From the NCBI GenBank assembly GCA_023389855.1, contig JAEWDZ010000004.1, positions 6,894 to 70,893 of the forward strand: a stretch of 64,000 nt of DNA, written 5' to 3'. The notes beneath the pieces are model-generated. The model ran no database searches and was not told the origin of the DNA. It was given only the letters and a program-made list of their open reading frames with translations. Below are positions 1-7,568 of this stretch, in pieces (position 1 is the stretch's first letter; the number at the start of each line of letters is the position of its first letter). Made by a program: the position numbers and the translations under genes. Source of the DNA: Bacteroidota bacterium. GTDB taxonomy: Bacteria > Bacteroidota > Bacteroidia > Bacteroidales > Porphyromonadaceae.

Positions 1-2
1 AT

Positions 3-764
3 GAAGAAATCTGTGGAATAGGGATTGGTGCTCCCAATGGAAACTTTTATACTGGTAGCATCGAACATGCAGCTAACCTGCCATGGAAAGAGGATATACC
101 CATAGTAGATATATTGACCAGAAATACCTCTCTACGCGCAATTCTGACCAACGATGCTAATGCCATAGCCATGGGAGAGATGATTTATGGAGCTGCTAAG
201 CATATGAAGAATTTCTATGAAATAACTTTGGGTACAGGGGTTGGTAGCGGTATCGTAATAAATGGACAATTAGTCTATGGTCATGATGGCAAGGCTGGAG
301 AATTGGGGCATGTGCTGGTAGACCTCGATGGCCGTAAATGTGGATGTGGTAGGGTCGGATGCTTAGAGACATACTGCTCAGCAACGGGTTTGGTGCAGAC
401 CGCTAAAGATCTATTAGCTACTACCGATTGCTGTACAAAAAATAAATTGCAGCACCTGACAGCAAGAGATGTGTACGATATGGCTGAAGAAGGTAATCCG
501 TTGGCTCAGCAAGCTTTTTATGATACGGGGTTTCTTCTGGGGCGAAAATTAGCCGATTTTGCTACGTTTGCTTCTCCCGAAGCGATTATCCTTTTCGGGG
601 GGCTTACACACGCTGAGCACTGGCTATTTGATCCTATGAAAAGAGCCTTTGATATGTATATGCTCAAAGCTATCAGCAAACCCAAACTCATGTTATCCGC
701 ATTGAAAAGTGATAGTGCAGCAATCCTAGGTGCGGCTGCTCTGGCTCACACCCTGCTGGAGTAG
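3..764 (+). CDS. ROK family sugar kinase (glucokinase-like), 5'-truncated by window edge
   Basis: Frame open from position 3 (GIGIGAPNGN...AANLPW). Contains NDANA, TLGTGVGSG, GELGH and the Cys-rich CGCGRVGCLE ROK motif. Confidence 0.9.
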   Translation, partial: EEICGIGIGAPNGNFYTGSIEHAANLPWKEDIPIVDILTRNTSLRAILTNDANAIAMGEMIYGAAKHMKNFYEITLGTGVGSGIVINGQLVYGHDGKAGELGHVLVDLDGRKCGCGRVGCLETYCSATGLVQTAKDLLATTDCCTKNKLQHLTARDVYDMAEEGNPLAQQAFYDTGFLLGRKLADFATFASPEAIILFGGLTHAEHWLFDPMKRAFDMYMLKAISKPKLMLSALKSDSAAILGAAALAHTLLE

Positions 765-1817
765 CATCAAATCGGCTACAGTGAGGGCTGCCATAGCTCC
801 TACTACAGCCACTGCACGAACCACTAAAGCGGGATCGTGACGCCCTTTTGCCCTAATATTATCTTTTTCGTTGTTGATACTTATGGTTTCTTGTGTTATG
901 CCGATAGTTGGAGTAGGTTTAAAGGCTACACGGAAAAGAATATCTTGACCGGTACTGATACCTCCGACGATGCCTCCCGAATGATTTGATTTAAATATTA
1001 CTTTACCATTTTCATCGGTAGTGATCGGATCATTGGCTTCACTTCCGTTCATTTTTGATATGGCAAATCCGCTCCCTATTTCGAATCCTTTTGCCGCATT
1101 TATTCCCATCATGGCATAAGCAAGACGAGCGCTCAATTTGTCGTATAGTGGTTCGCCGACTCCAGGGCAAACACCTTCTACTACGCATCCTACAATACCG
1201 CCTATGCTATCTCCTTTTTCGCGGAGTTTTGTTATTTCGTCTACTATTCTTTCGTTTAGCGACTTATCCGGGCAACGAGATAGATAATTATAAGCCCTTC
1301 TATAATCGGAGGGGAGTGCTGTTTCTCCTAGTGTAATAGAACCTAATGAATGCAGATAAGGATAGATCTTTATTCCTTTTGTTTTGAGCCATTCCTCGGC
1401 TATGGCTCCTCCAACACACCGGCATGCTGTCTCTCTTGCGGAAGCTCTTCCGCCTCCCGGCTGTGGAGAAATGCCGTATTTCTGAAAGTAGGTATAGTCT
1501 GCATGTGCTGGACGGAATAAATGACTTTGCGATTGATAGTCTTCTGATTGGACGTTGGTATTTTCAATTACAAAACCTATTGGTGCTCCGTTCGTAGTAC
1601 TATCTGCTAGTATGCCGGACAGATACGAAATATGATCTTTTTCTACTCTTGGACTAACGATCTGACTGCTCCCAGGTCTGCGAAGATTGACTTTTCTTTG
1701 GATCTCCTGTAGGTCTAGTTGTATACCCGCAGGAAGTCCATCCAAAACTCCGCCTATAGCTTTCCCATGAGATTCGCCGAAGGTTGTCAATCTTAGTATT
1801 CGTCCAAAACTATTCAT
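726..1817 (-). CDS. aroC: Chorismate synthase
   Basis: MNSFG...TTFGESHG, RPAHADY, GGGRASARET, KGRHDP motifs. Start moved to the ATG at 1817. Confidence 0.95.
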   Translation of the reverse strand: MNSFGRILRLTTFGESHGKAIGGVLDGLPAGIQLDLQEIQRKVNLRRPGSSQIVSPRVEKDHISYLSGILADSTTNGAPIGFVIENTNVQSEDYQSQSHLFRPAHADYTYFQKYGISPQPGGGRASARETACRCVGGAIAEEWLKTKGIKIYPYLHSLGSITLGETALPSDYRRAYNYLSRCPDKSLNERIVDEITKLREKGDSIGGIVGCVVEGVCPGVGEPLYDKLSARLAYAMMGINAAKGFEIGSGFAISKMNGSEANDPITTDENGKVIFKSNHSGGIVGGISTGQDILFRVAFKPTPTIGITQETISINNEKDNIRAKGRHDPALVVRAVAVVGAMAALTVADLMLLQQGVSQSSRT

Positions 1818-1910
1818 AAACGAGCTATCTTGTCTATATAAATATTCAGCGTGCCGAATCTTTGAGTAAACAAAAACTGGCACGCAACTAAATGAAATTG
1901 CTAACTTACG

Positions 1911-2495
1911 TTAGTAGCATCCGCAGCCACTACCACAGCTTCCCGAAGAGCAGTCGTCGCTGCTAGAGCAATCGCAGCCACAGCCACATCCGCCATGATT
2001 ATGCAGGCTGCTAAAGTAGGCTTCATCTTCTGGTGTAGCTGGTCTTACTTCTAGTATTTTCCCTTTGAAATGCAAGGCAATACCGGCTAGCTGATGGTTA
2101 AAATCCATTTCTACAAATTCGTCGGTAATTTCATTTACATAGCCATTAATGATCTGCCCGTCGTTGGTTTGCATGGGCACCATATTGCCTTCCTTTACTA
2201 CATCGGTATCAAATTTTCCTTCGGGTGTAGTGAATATTTCCTTATTCAGTTTTAGGATAAGGTCTTCTCTGACGTTTCCATAGGCTTCTTCGGGCTTAAG
2301 GATAAAGTCGAAAGTATCCCCCTCGTTTAGTCCTTTAAGATTTTCTTCGAACTTATCCAGCATCATACCAGAGCCAGCAATAAACTTGAGAGGCGCTTCT
2401 TGTGGCGCTTTCTCAATGAGATCTTCTTGTCCTTCGTTAGCAGCAGAATACAGATCGTAACTACAGGCTACAAAGTATCCATTATCAATAGTCAT
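1911..2495 (-). CDS. slyD: FKBP-type peptidyl-prolyl isomerase SlyD with Cys/His-rich tail
   Basis: PEEAYG and MDFNHQLAG FKBP motifs; C-terminal HNHGGCGCGCDC...CGSGCGCY. Confidence 0.9.
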   Translation of the reverse strand: MTIDNGYFVACSYDLYSAANEGQEDLIEKAPQEAPLKFIAGSGMMLDKFEENLKGLNEGDTFDFILKPEEAYGNVREDLILKLNKEIFTTPEGKFDTDVVKEGNMVPMQTNDGQIINGYVNEITDEFVEMDFNHQLAGIALHFKGKILEVRPATPEDEAYFSSLHNHGGCGCGCDCSSSDDCSSGSCGSGCGCY

Positions 2496-2548
2496 AGGTG
2501 ATAATTTATTCCAGTTAAATAATTGATTATTCCATTGTATTTACCCTG

Positions 2549-2637
2549 CAAAGATAATAGAAGAGTTTGAATAAAACACAAAAGGAGCAAATTTATTTGT
2601 TATGAATTGATAATTCATGAGATTTGTATTAACTTTG
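2549..2637. promoter_or_regulatory. Divergent Bacteroidetes sigma-A promoters (-7 boxes) for slyD and the ECF cluster
   Basis: TATCTTTG on the minus strand (2549-2556) and TAACTTTG on the plus strand (2630-2637) match TAnnTTTG. Confidence 0.6.
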
Positions 2638-2709
2638 TGATAAATGTAATGAGACCCTGCTACGAGTATAGCGTCTTTTGAAAGTAACAATAAATTAGGT
2701 GTTTTTATT

Positions 2710-3354
2710 ATGACGACTGATCAAACTGCGACCTCCCGACAAAAAAGTTCTGTAGTAGAACTGTTGATATATCTGCTTATATGGCCTGTGCTTATCCTTT
2801 CTCATCTTTTTATATTGGGGTTTGATAAGACCGTACCGCATTTCTGGGAAGATATGAACTCCTATTTTTCCACCGTAGCTTTAGACTTTTTTATTATAGT
2901 TGTCTGGTACCTTAATTACTATCTCATCGTCCCGCGCATGATACGAAAGCGACAATTCGCAGCCTATATGGTGGTCGCCGGTATTTTTATGTTGGGAGCT
3001 CTTTTCTTACAGACAATCCTCTTTTATGCTTTTAAGTGGGGAATTCCTTCGAATCCTTTTGGTACTAAGTTATCTCTCTACGGCCCGCTTATGGTTCTTA
3101 GCTTCATGGCTGTAGGGCTTTCTGTAAGAGGTGTTATCAACTGGCTCAGAGTAGAAGATAAATTGATTACGGCTACTCAGCACTTACAGGAAAAAGATCA
3201 GAAAATAGAGGCATTACAGATGGAGATTAAGGAACTTTCTCTCGCCCATGATAACGTGATGGATTCATTACCAGAAGTGATCGATGTAGAACCCCTTGAC
3301 GACGAAAAGATCGATAATGCATATGACGATCTTGGCATTGACCAGGGTGAATAG
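2710..3354 (+). CDS. Membrane protein resembling the N-terminal TM sensor region of Bacteroidetes LytS-type histidine kinases, without a kinase domain
   Basis: About four hydrophobic helices (ELLIYLLIW, YLNYYLIVPRMIRKRQFAAY), then a coiled coil and an acidic tail. No QINPHF H-box. Confidence 0.55.
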   Translation: MTTDQTATSRQKSSVVELLIYLLIWPVLILSHLFILGFDKTVPHFWEDMNSYFSTVALDFFIIVVWYLNYYLIVPRMIRKRQFAAYMVVAGIFMLGALFLQTILFYAFKWGIPSNPFGTKLSLYGPLMVLSFMAVGLSVRGVINWLRVEDKLITATQHLQEKDQKIEALQMEIKELSLAHDNVMDSLPEVIDVEPLDDEKIDNAYDDLGIDQGE

Positions 3355-3393
3355 CTATTTGCAGATTGATCGAAACAAAGATAACCTCAGGTA

Positions 3394-3954
3394 ATGCAGC
3401 AAAATATAGACGAAGCACTGCTTCTAAACGATTTAAAAGACAGTGCTAAAAAAGAGTACGCATTTCGTAGTGTCGTAGAGCTATACTCCAAGCCCCTTTA
3501 TACCATAATTAGGCGCATGGTTTTAAATCACGAAGATGCTGATGATATACTACAAAATGTTTTTCTAAAAGCATGGCGCTCTATAGACGATTTTCGAGGT
3601 GATTCCAAACTTTACACATGGCTGTATAGGGTCACCTACTACGAAACGCTTAATTTCTTGCGTTTCAAGTCGCGAAAAAGCAAATATGAAGTTTCTCTTA
3701 GTGAGGAAAATCAGCATCTCCTCGATAATTTAGAAGCAGATATTTATTTTGATGGTGATGCCGCAGAGAAGAAATTTCAAAAAGCGGTTTCTAAATTATC
3801 GGAAAATCAGCGCGAGGTATTTCTGTTGCGTTATTATGATGAATATTCGTATAAGGAAATTTCCGAAATGACGGGAAAACTGGAAACAACGCTTAAGGTT
3901 AATTATCATCACGCCGTAAAAAAGATAAGGAAATATCTTTTAGAAGAAGAGTAA
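3394..3954 (+). CDS. ECF-type RNA polymerase sigma-70 factor
   Basis: Region 2 (DADDILQNVFLKAW...FRGDSKLYTWLYRV) and region 4 (LSENQREVFLLRYYDEYSYKEIS). Confidence 0.93.
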   Translation: MQQNIDEALLLNDLKDSAKKEYAFRSVVELYSKPLYTIIRRMVLNHEDADDILQNVFLKAWRSIDDFRGDSKLYTWLYRVTYYETLNFLRFKSRKSKYEVSLSEENQHLLDNLEADIYFDGDAAEKKFQKAVSKLSENQREVFLLRYYDEYSYKEISEMTGKLETTLKVNYHHAVKKIRKYLLEEE

Positions 3955-3979
3955 ACTTTATTTGGATATGACCGTCTAA
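3952..3979 (+). promoter_or_regulatory. Putative ECF-sigma promoter at the end of the sigma gene
   Basis: TAAAC-N16-CGTCTAA, matching the generic ECF AAC/CGT(C) -35/-10 pattern. Confidence 0.55.
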
Positions 3980-4019
3980 CCATGTAGATAGATTATACGT
4001 TTGATGTAGAATAAATACA

Positions 4020-4451
4020 ATGCAAATGTCAGACATGAAACAAGCGACTAAAAAAGGCTTCTTCGAAGGATCTCCACATTATACTACCCCTGATGGATAT
4101 TTCAATACCCTTACGGATCGTATCATGGCTGCCGTAGGGCAAGATCAGGGTAAAAAAGATGATAGGGTAGAGCCTTCACCTCATGTTATGCTGGCGCGTA
4201 AAAGAAATATAAGAGACTTGCTGCGTCCCTACCTATATTTAGCAGCTTCTTTTATGATCATAATGGTCGGTTTCAGACTAACCTTCCAACAGCGTCAGCA
4301 ACTGCAAAACCAGGCGACTCACACTGTCAATCAAGTCAGTGTAGCCAACAATATTTATGCCAACCAAATAAACGATTATGAACCTATATACACAGACTAT
4401 CAGTATGATCAAGCCGAAGAATATTGGCTGGAAGCTACGTATATGGAATAG
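4020..4451 (+). CDS. Putative single-pass anti-sigma factor
   Basis: Follows the ECF sigma; PHYTTPDGYFNTLTDRIM motif typical of Bacteroidetes ECF-adjacent proteins; one TM (PYLYLAASFMIIMVGF). Confidence 0.6.
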   Translation: MQMSDMKQATKKGFFEGSPHYTTPDGYFNTLTDRIMAAVGQDQGKKDDRVEPSPHVMLARKRNIRDLLRPYLYLAASFMIIMVGFRLTFQQRQQLQNQATHTVNQVSVANNIYANQINDYEPIYTDYQYDQAEEYWLEATYME

Positions 4452-4926
4452 TATCCTTATTTTCGTCCTATCGCTTTTATCCTTTAATATATCACTGAAT
4501 GCACAAAATCACTGTGATGAAAAAAAAAGCGAGCATCGACAACATGCCGAGATATTCAAGAAGATGCGTGCCGATTTTATCGCCAAGGAGTTGACGCTCA
4601 CACCATCAGAGACGCAGCTCGTGTTGGAAAAACTCAACGACCTTGATAAATCAAGAGTCGCGTTTATCAAGTGGGACAATGAAGCATATCATCAGCTTTC
4701 CGAAAAAAAACAAGTCACTTCACAGGAGTTGGAAGACTATTTTTGTATGCAGTGTGATGGTAAAATAAGATTAGATAAAGAGCAACGAGCAGCCATGTCC
4801 GAGTTATCCAAACAGATCGATCCGGCAAAAGTACTGAAGTTAGAGCGCGCCTTGAAGAAGTTTTATTTCGAAGTAATGAAGTCGAAGAAAATAAAGAAGA
4901 GATCTTTTTTCGATGATACCTATTGA
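4405..4926 (+). CDS. Exported helical protein (Spy/CpxP-like, ECF-associated); start uncertain
   Basis: Signal peptide ending SLNA-Q; FIAKELTLTPSE and IDPAKVLKLERA motifs; third gene of the ECF cluster. Confidence 0.55.
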   Translation: MIKPKNIGWKLRIWNSILIFVLSLLSFNISLNAQNHCDEKKSEHRQHAEIFKKMRADFIAKELTLTPSETQLVLEKLNDLDKSRVAFIKWDNEAYHQLSEKKQVTSQELEDYFCMQCDGKIRLDKEQRAAMSELSKQIDPAKVLKLERALKKFYFEVMKSKKIKKRSFFDDTY

Positions 4927-4990
4927 ATAGCGTGGGGAAAATTTTCGCTAAAAGAGTTTGGTGTTATTTGGCTATTTCAAAATATTGTTG

Positions 4991-4998
4991 TACCTTTG
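4991..4998 (+). promoter_or_regulatory. -7 box of rpmB operon promoter
   Basis: TACCTTTG with TTTG upstream at about 4967-4970. Confidence 0.6.
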
Positions 4999-5128
4999 CG
5001 TGAGATTTGTGGTCGACATTAAGCTGGTCCAATAAAGATGGTTTGATGCAGCTTTTTTATATGAGATCAGATTTTGAGGTTACAAATTGGGATATTAATT
5101 TTATAAGAGTATATTTAAACGAAACACT

Positions 5129-5365
5129 ATGTCTAAAATTTGTGAGATTACAGGCAAAAGAGCCATGACGGGACATAACGTATCGCACTCCAATCACAAA
5201 ACGAAGCGTAAATTCAACGTCAATCTTTTCCCTAAAAAATTCTACTGGCCAGAGCAAGATTGCTGGGTAACTATTAAGGTATCTGCAGCTGGACTACGCC
5301 TAATAAATAAAATAGGTGTGGATGCCGCTATCAAGCGTGCTGCTAATAAAGGCTATTTGAAGTAA
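5129..5365 (+). CDS. rpmB: 50S ribosomal protein L28
   Basis: [10 protein letters not shown]...[15 protein letters not shown]. Confidence 0.97.
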   Translation: MSKICEITGKRAMTGHNVSHSNHKTKRKFNVNLFPKKFYWPEQDCWVTIKVSAAGLRLINKIGVDAAIKRAANKGYLK

Positions 5366-5392
5366 TAACAAAAAGAAAAAAGGCGAAAAACT

Positions 5393-5581
5393 ATGTCTAA
5401 GAAATTAAAAGGCGCACGCGGTCAAGTGATCCTCGAGTGTACAGAACATAAAGAAAGTGGTATGCCTGGCACCTCTCGCTATGTAACCACTAAAAATAGA
5501 AAAAATACTACCGAAAGATTGGAACTTAGGAAGTACAATCCTATCCTTAAACGCTATACCATTCATCGAGAAATTAAGTAA
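5393..5581 (+). CDS. rpmG: 50S ribosomal protein L33
   Basis: VILECTEH...[23 protein letters not shown]. Confidence 0.97.
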   Translation: MSKKLKGARGQVILECTEHKESGMPGTSRYVTTKNRKNTTERLELRKYNPILKRYTIHREIK

Positions 5582-5608
5582 TAACCCTTAAGTAAATACA
5601 TTTGAATC

Positions 5609-5773
5609 ATGGCAAAAAAATCAGTTGCAACGTTTAGAAGTGGATCTACCGAAGGGCGTTCCTACTCAAAAGTAATCAGAATGGTTAAGTCTCCTAAGAC
5701 AGGTGCTTATTGCTTCAAGGAACAAATGATCCCTAATGAAGCAGTACAAGACTTCTTCAAGAAGGGCAACTAA
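5609..5773 (+). CDS. DUF4295-family small protein (54 aa; not in ORF track)
   Basis: Manual translation MAKKSVATFRSGSTEGRSYSKVIRMVKSPKTGAYCFKEQMIPNEAVQDFFKKGN; usual position after rpmG in Bacteroidetes. Confidence 0.9.
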   Translation: MAKKSVATFRSGSTEGRSYSKVIRMVKSPKTGAYCFKEQMIPNEAVQDFFKKGN

Positions 5774-5822
5774 TCCTATTGGAAGTTATAGAAGAGACAA
5801 TTAATTTAATTCTTTCTATTAC

Positions 5823-5863
5823 AGAAGTTGAGGCGTAGTTTTATCGCTTCAACTTCTTTTTTT
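5823..5863 (+). terminator. Rho-independent terminator of rpmB operon
   Basis: AGAAGTTGAGGCG / CGCTTCAACTTCT stem followed by a T-run. Confidence 0.85.
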
Positions 5864-6278
5864 GTCCTGCTTCCTCCTATTATAATCCGCCCCTTGAGAC
5901 CTTCTCTTTTTGTCGAACGCTAGATTATATCTTACTTGTATTCTATTCTTGATATAATGCTTTATCTTATCGCTATTATCCATTACAGAAATCAGCGTAT
6001 ACTCGAAATCAACATCTTAAGCTAAAAACCTTGTAAATGAAGAATGTAATAGCAAAAATACTGGAAGCGCCTATTGCTCAAAATATCGGAGCCCTCTTTC
6101 TTGGATATTATATGGAGCGAAAAACTTTGTGAATAGAAGGCTCGTTATCGATTATTTTTGTAAGTTTGTAACAGTAAAAAAGTTTTGGGTATTAAGTACG
6201 GTAAAAAACTCTGTTTTGTGCAGATCGCTTGAACACAATTGTGTATTCTTCGTCTGCATCACATCAAGTTATGGAAAT

Positions 6279-6875
6279 ATGATGAAAAAAACTAACAAAC
6301 CAATTCTTCTTCTGATTGCAGGATTTCTTGTCCTATCGTTTGCTTACGGTATTTTTTGTTACAATAGTTTGGTGAAGAAAGAAGAACGTGTAAAGACGGA
6401 ATGGGGACAAGTAGAAAATCAATACCAGCGTCGATCGGATCTTATCCCCAATTTGGTAAATACGGTGAAAGGATACGCTACTCATGAGAGGGAAACGCTG
6501 GAAGCTGTCATCAAGGCTCGTGCAGCAGCGACTAGTATTACAATGAATTCAGATCAGTTATCTGAGAAAGATTTGATGGCTTTTCAGAAAGCCCAGGATC
6601 AACTCTCCTCTGCATTAAACAAACTAATGGTAGTCGTAGAGAATTATCCCAGCCTGAAAGCAAATGAGAACTTTCTGACTTTACAGGCACAACTCGAAGG
6701 AACTGAAAATCGGATAGCTGTAGAGCGCAAACGATTTAATGAAGCAACGATGCTTTATAATAAAGCAAGGCGTCAGTTTCCTACCATATTATTTGCTAAG
6801 TTGCTAGGTTTTAAAAATAAAGACTACTTCGATGCCGAAGAATCTGCCAGCAATTCTGTAGATATCCAATTCTAG
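6279..6875 (+). CDS. lemA: LemA family protein
   Basis: N-terminal TM; YNSLV...WGQVENQYQRRSDLIPNLVNTVKGYA, ENYPSLKAN, LEGTENRIAVER. Start reset to ATG 6279. Confidence 0.93.
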   Translation: MMKKTNKPILLLIAGFLVLSFAYGIFCYNSLVKKEERVKTEWGQVENQYQRRSDLIPNLVNTVKGYATHERETLEAVIKARAAATSITMNSDQLSEKDLMAFQKAQDQLSSALNKLMVVVENYPSLKANENFLTLQAQLEGTENRIAVERKRFNEATMLYNKARRQFPTILFAKLLGFKNKDYFDAEESASNSVDIQF

Positions 6876-7078
6876 TCCTATTTAAGTTGCCTGGCTAAAT
6901 TCATTCGTTATCTGCTGTAGCGTCTGTTTTGAAAAGTCGCTTCGCCACATTGTCATTTGCAGTATTTTTTCAGCAAAAACTCACCCATTCCTTTTTTTGA
7001 GGGGGCACATTTTATCTCATTGCTTATTTCCATAGCGATGTTGATTTTGTATGAAGTCGCAAGAGCGTGTAGGAGAGC

Positions 7079-7543
7079 TCAACTTTTTTTCAGTAATGTA
7101 TTGTCTCCTACAAGATTATGCAATACGTATAAAGCTCTGTCTTCTGCAATGCGCATCTGCTGTTCTTCTTCTTCGGTTTTATCTTTCAGACCGCATAAAT
7201 GAAGAATTCCGTGGATAAGTACGCGATGCAGCTCTTCTTCAAACGGGAGATTCATACTATTGGCATTATCGTTGACACGTTCTAAGCTGATAAGGATATC
7301 TCCGATAATCTCTTTGCTTTCGATATTTTCCCTTGCATCGAAAGTGAGAATATCCGTATAATAGTCGTGATTGAGAAATAGCTTATTGATCTCAAGAATT
7401 CCTTCGTCAGTCGTGAATTTATACGTTATTTCGCCTAAAGTGAAGCCGTATTCCAAAATCATCTGTTGGATCCACTTATTGAGTATCTGTTTTCTAAATA
7501 AGGGTATCTTTACCCCTTCGTCTGCGTAATAGTTGATTTTCAT
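7079..7543 (-). CDS. ybeY: rRNA maturation endoribonuclease YbeY
   Basis: TDILTF and HRVLIHGILHLCG metal-binding motif. Confidence 0.95.
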   Translation of the reverse strand: MKINYYADEGVKIPLFRKQILNKWIQQMILEYGFTLGEITYKFTTDEGILEINKLFLNHDYYTDILTFDARENIESKEIIGDILISLERVNDNANSMNLPFEEELHRVLIHGILHLCGLKDKTEEEEQQMRIAEDRALYVLHNLVGDNTLLKKS

Positions 7544-7568
7544 GGGATATAGCGCTAATCTTTATAAG

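Noticed and set aside
4999..5128. Possible ribosomal-protein autoregulatory leader before rpmB
   Set aside because: Only short stems (AAGCTG/CAGCTT); cannot be supported without comparative data.
6129..6278. Extended N-termini given by the ORF track (lemA 6129, aroC 1883, TBDR 34556, ppk1 42823, lysC 55420)
   Set aside because: Downstream ATGs fit family N-termini, signal peptides or promoter positions better.
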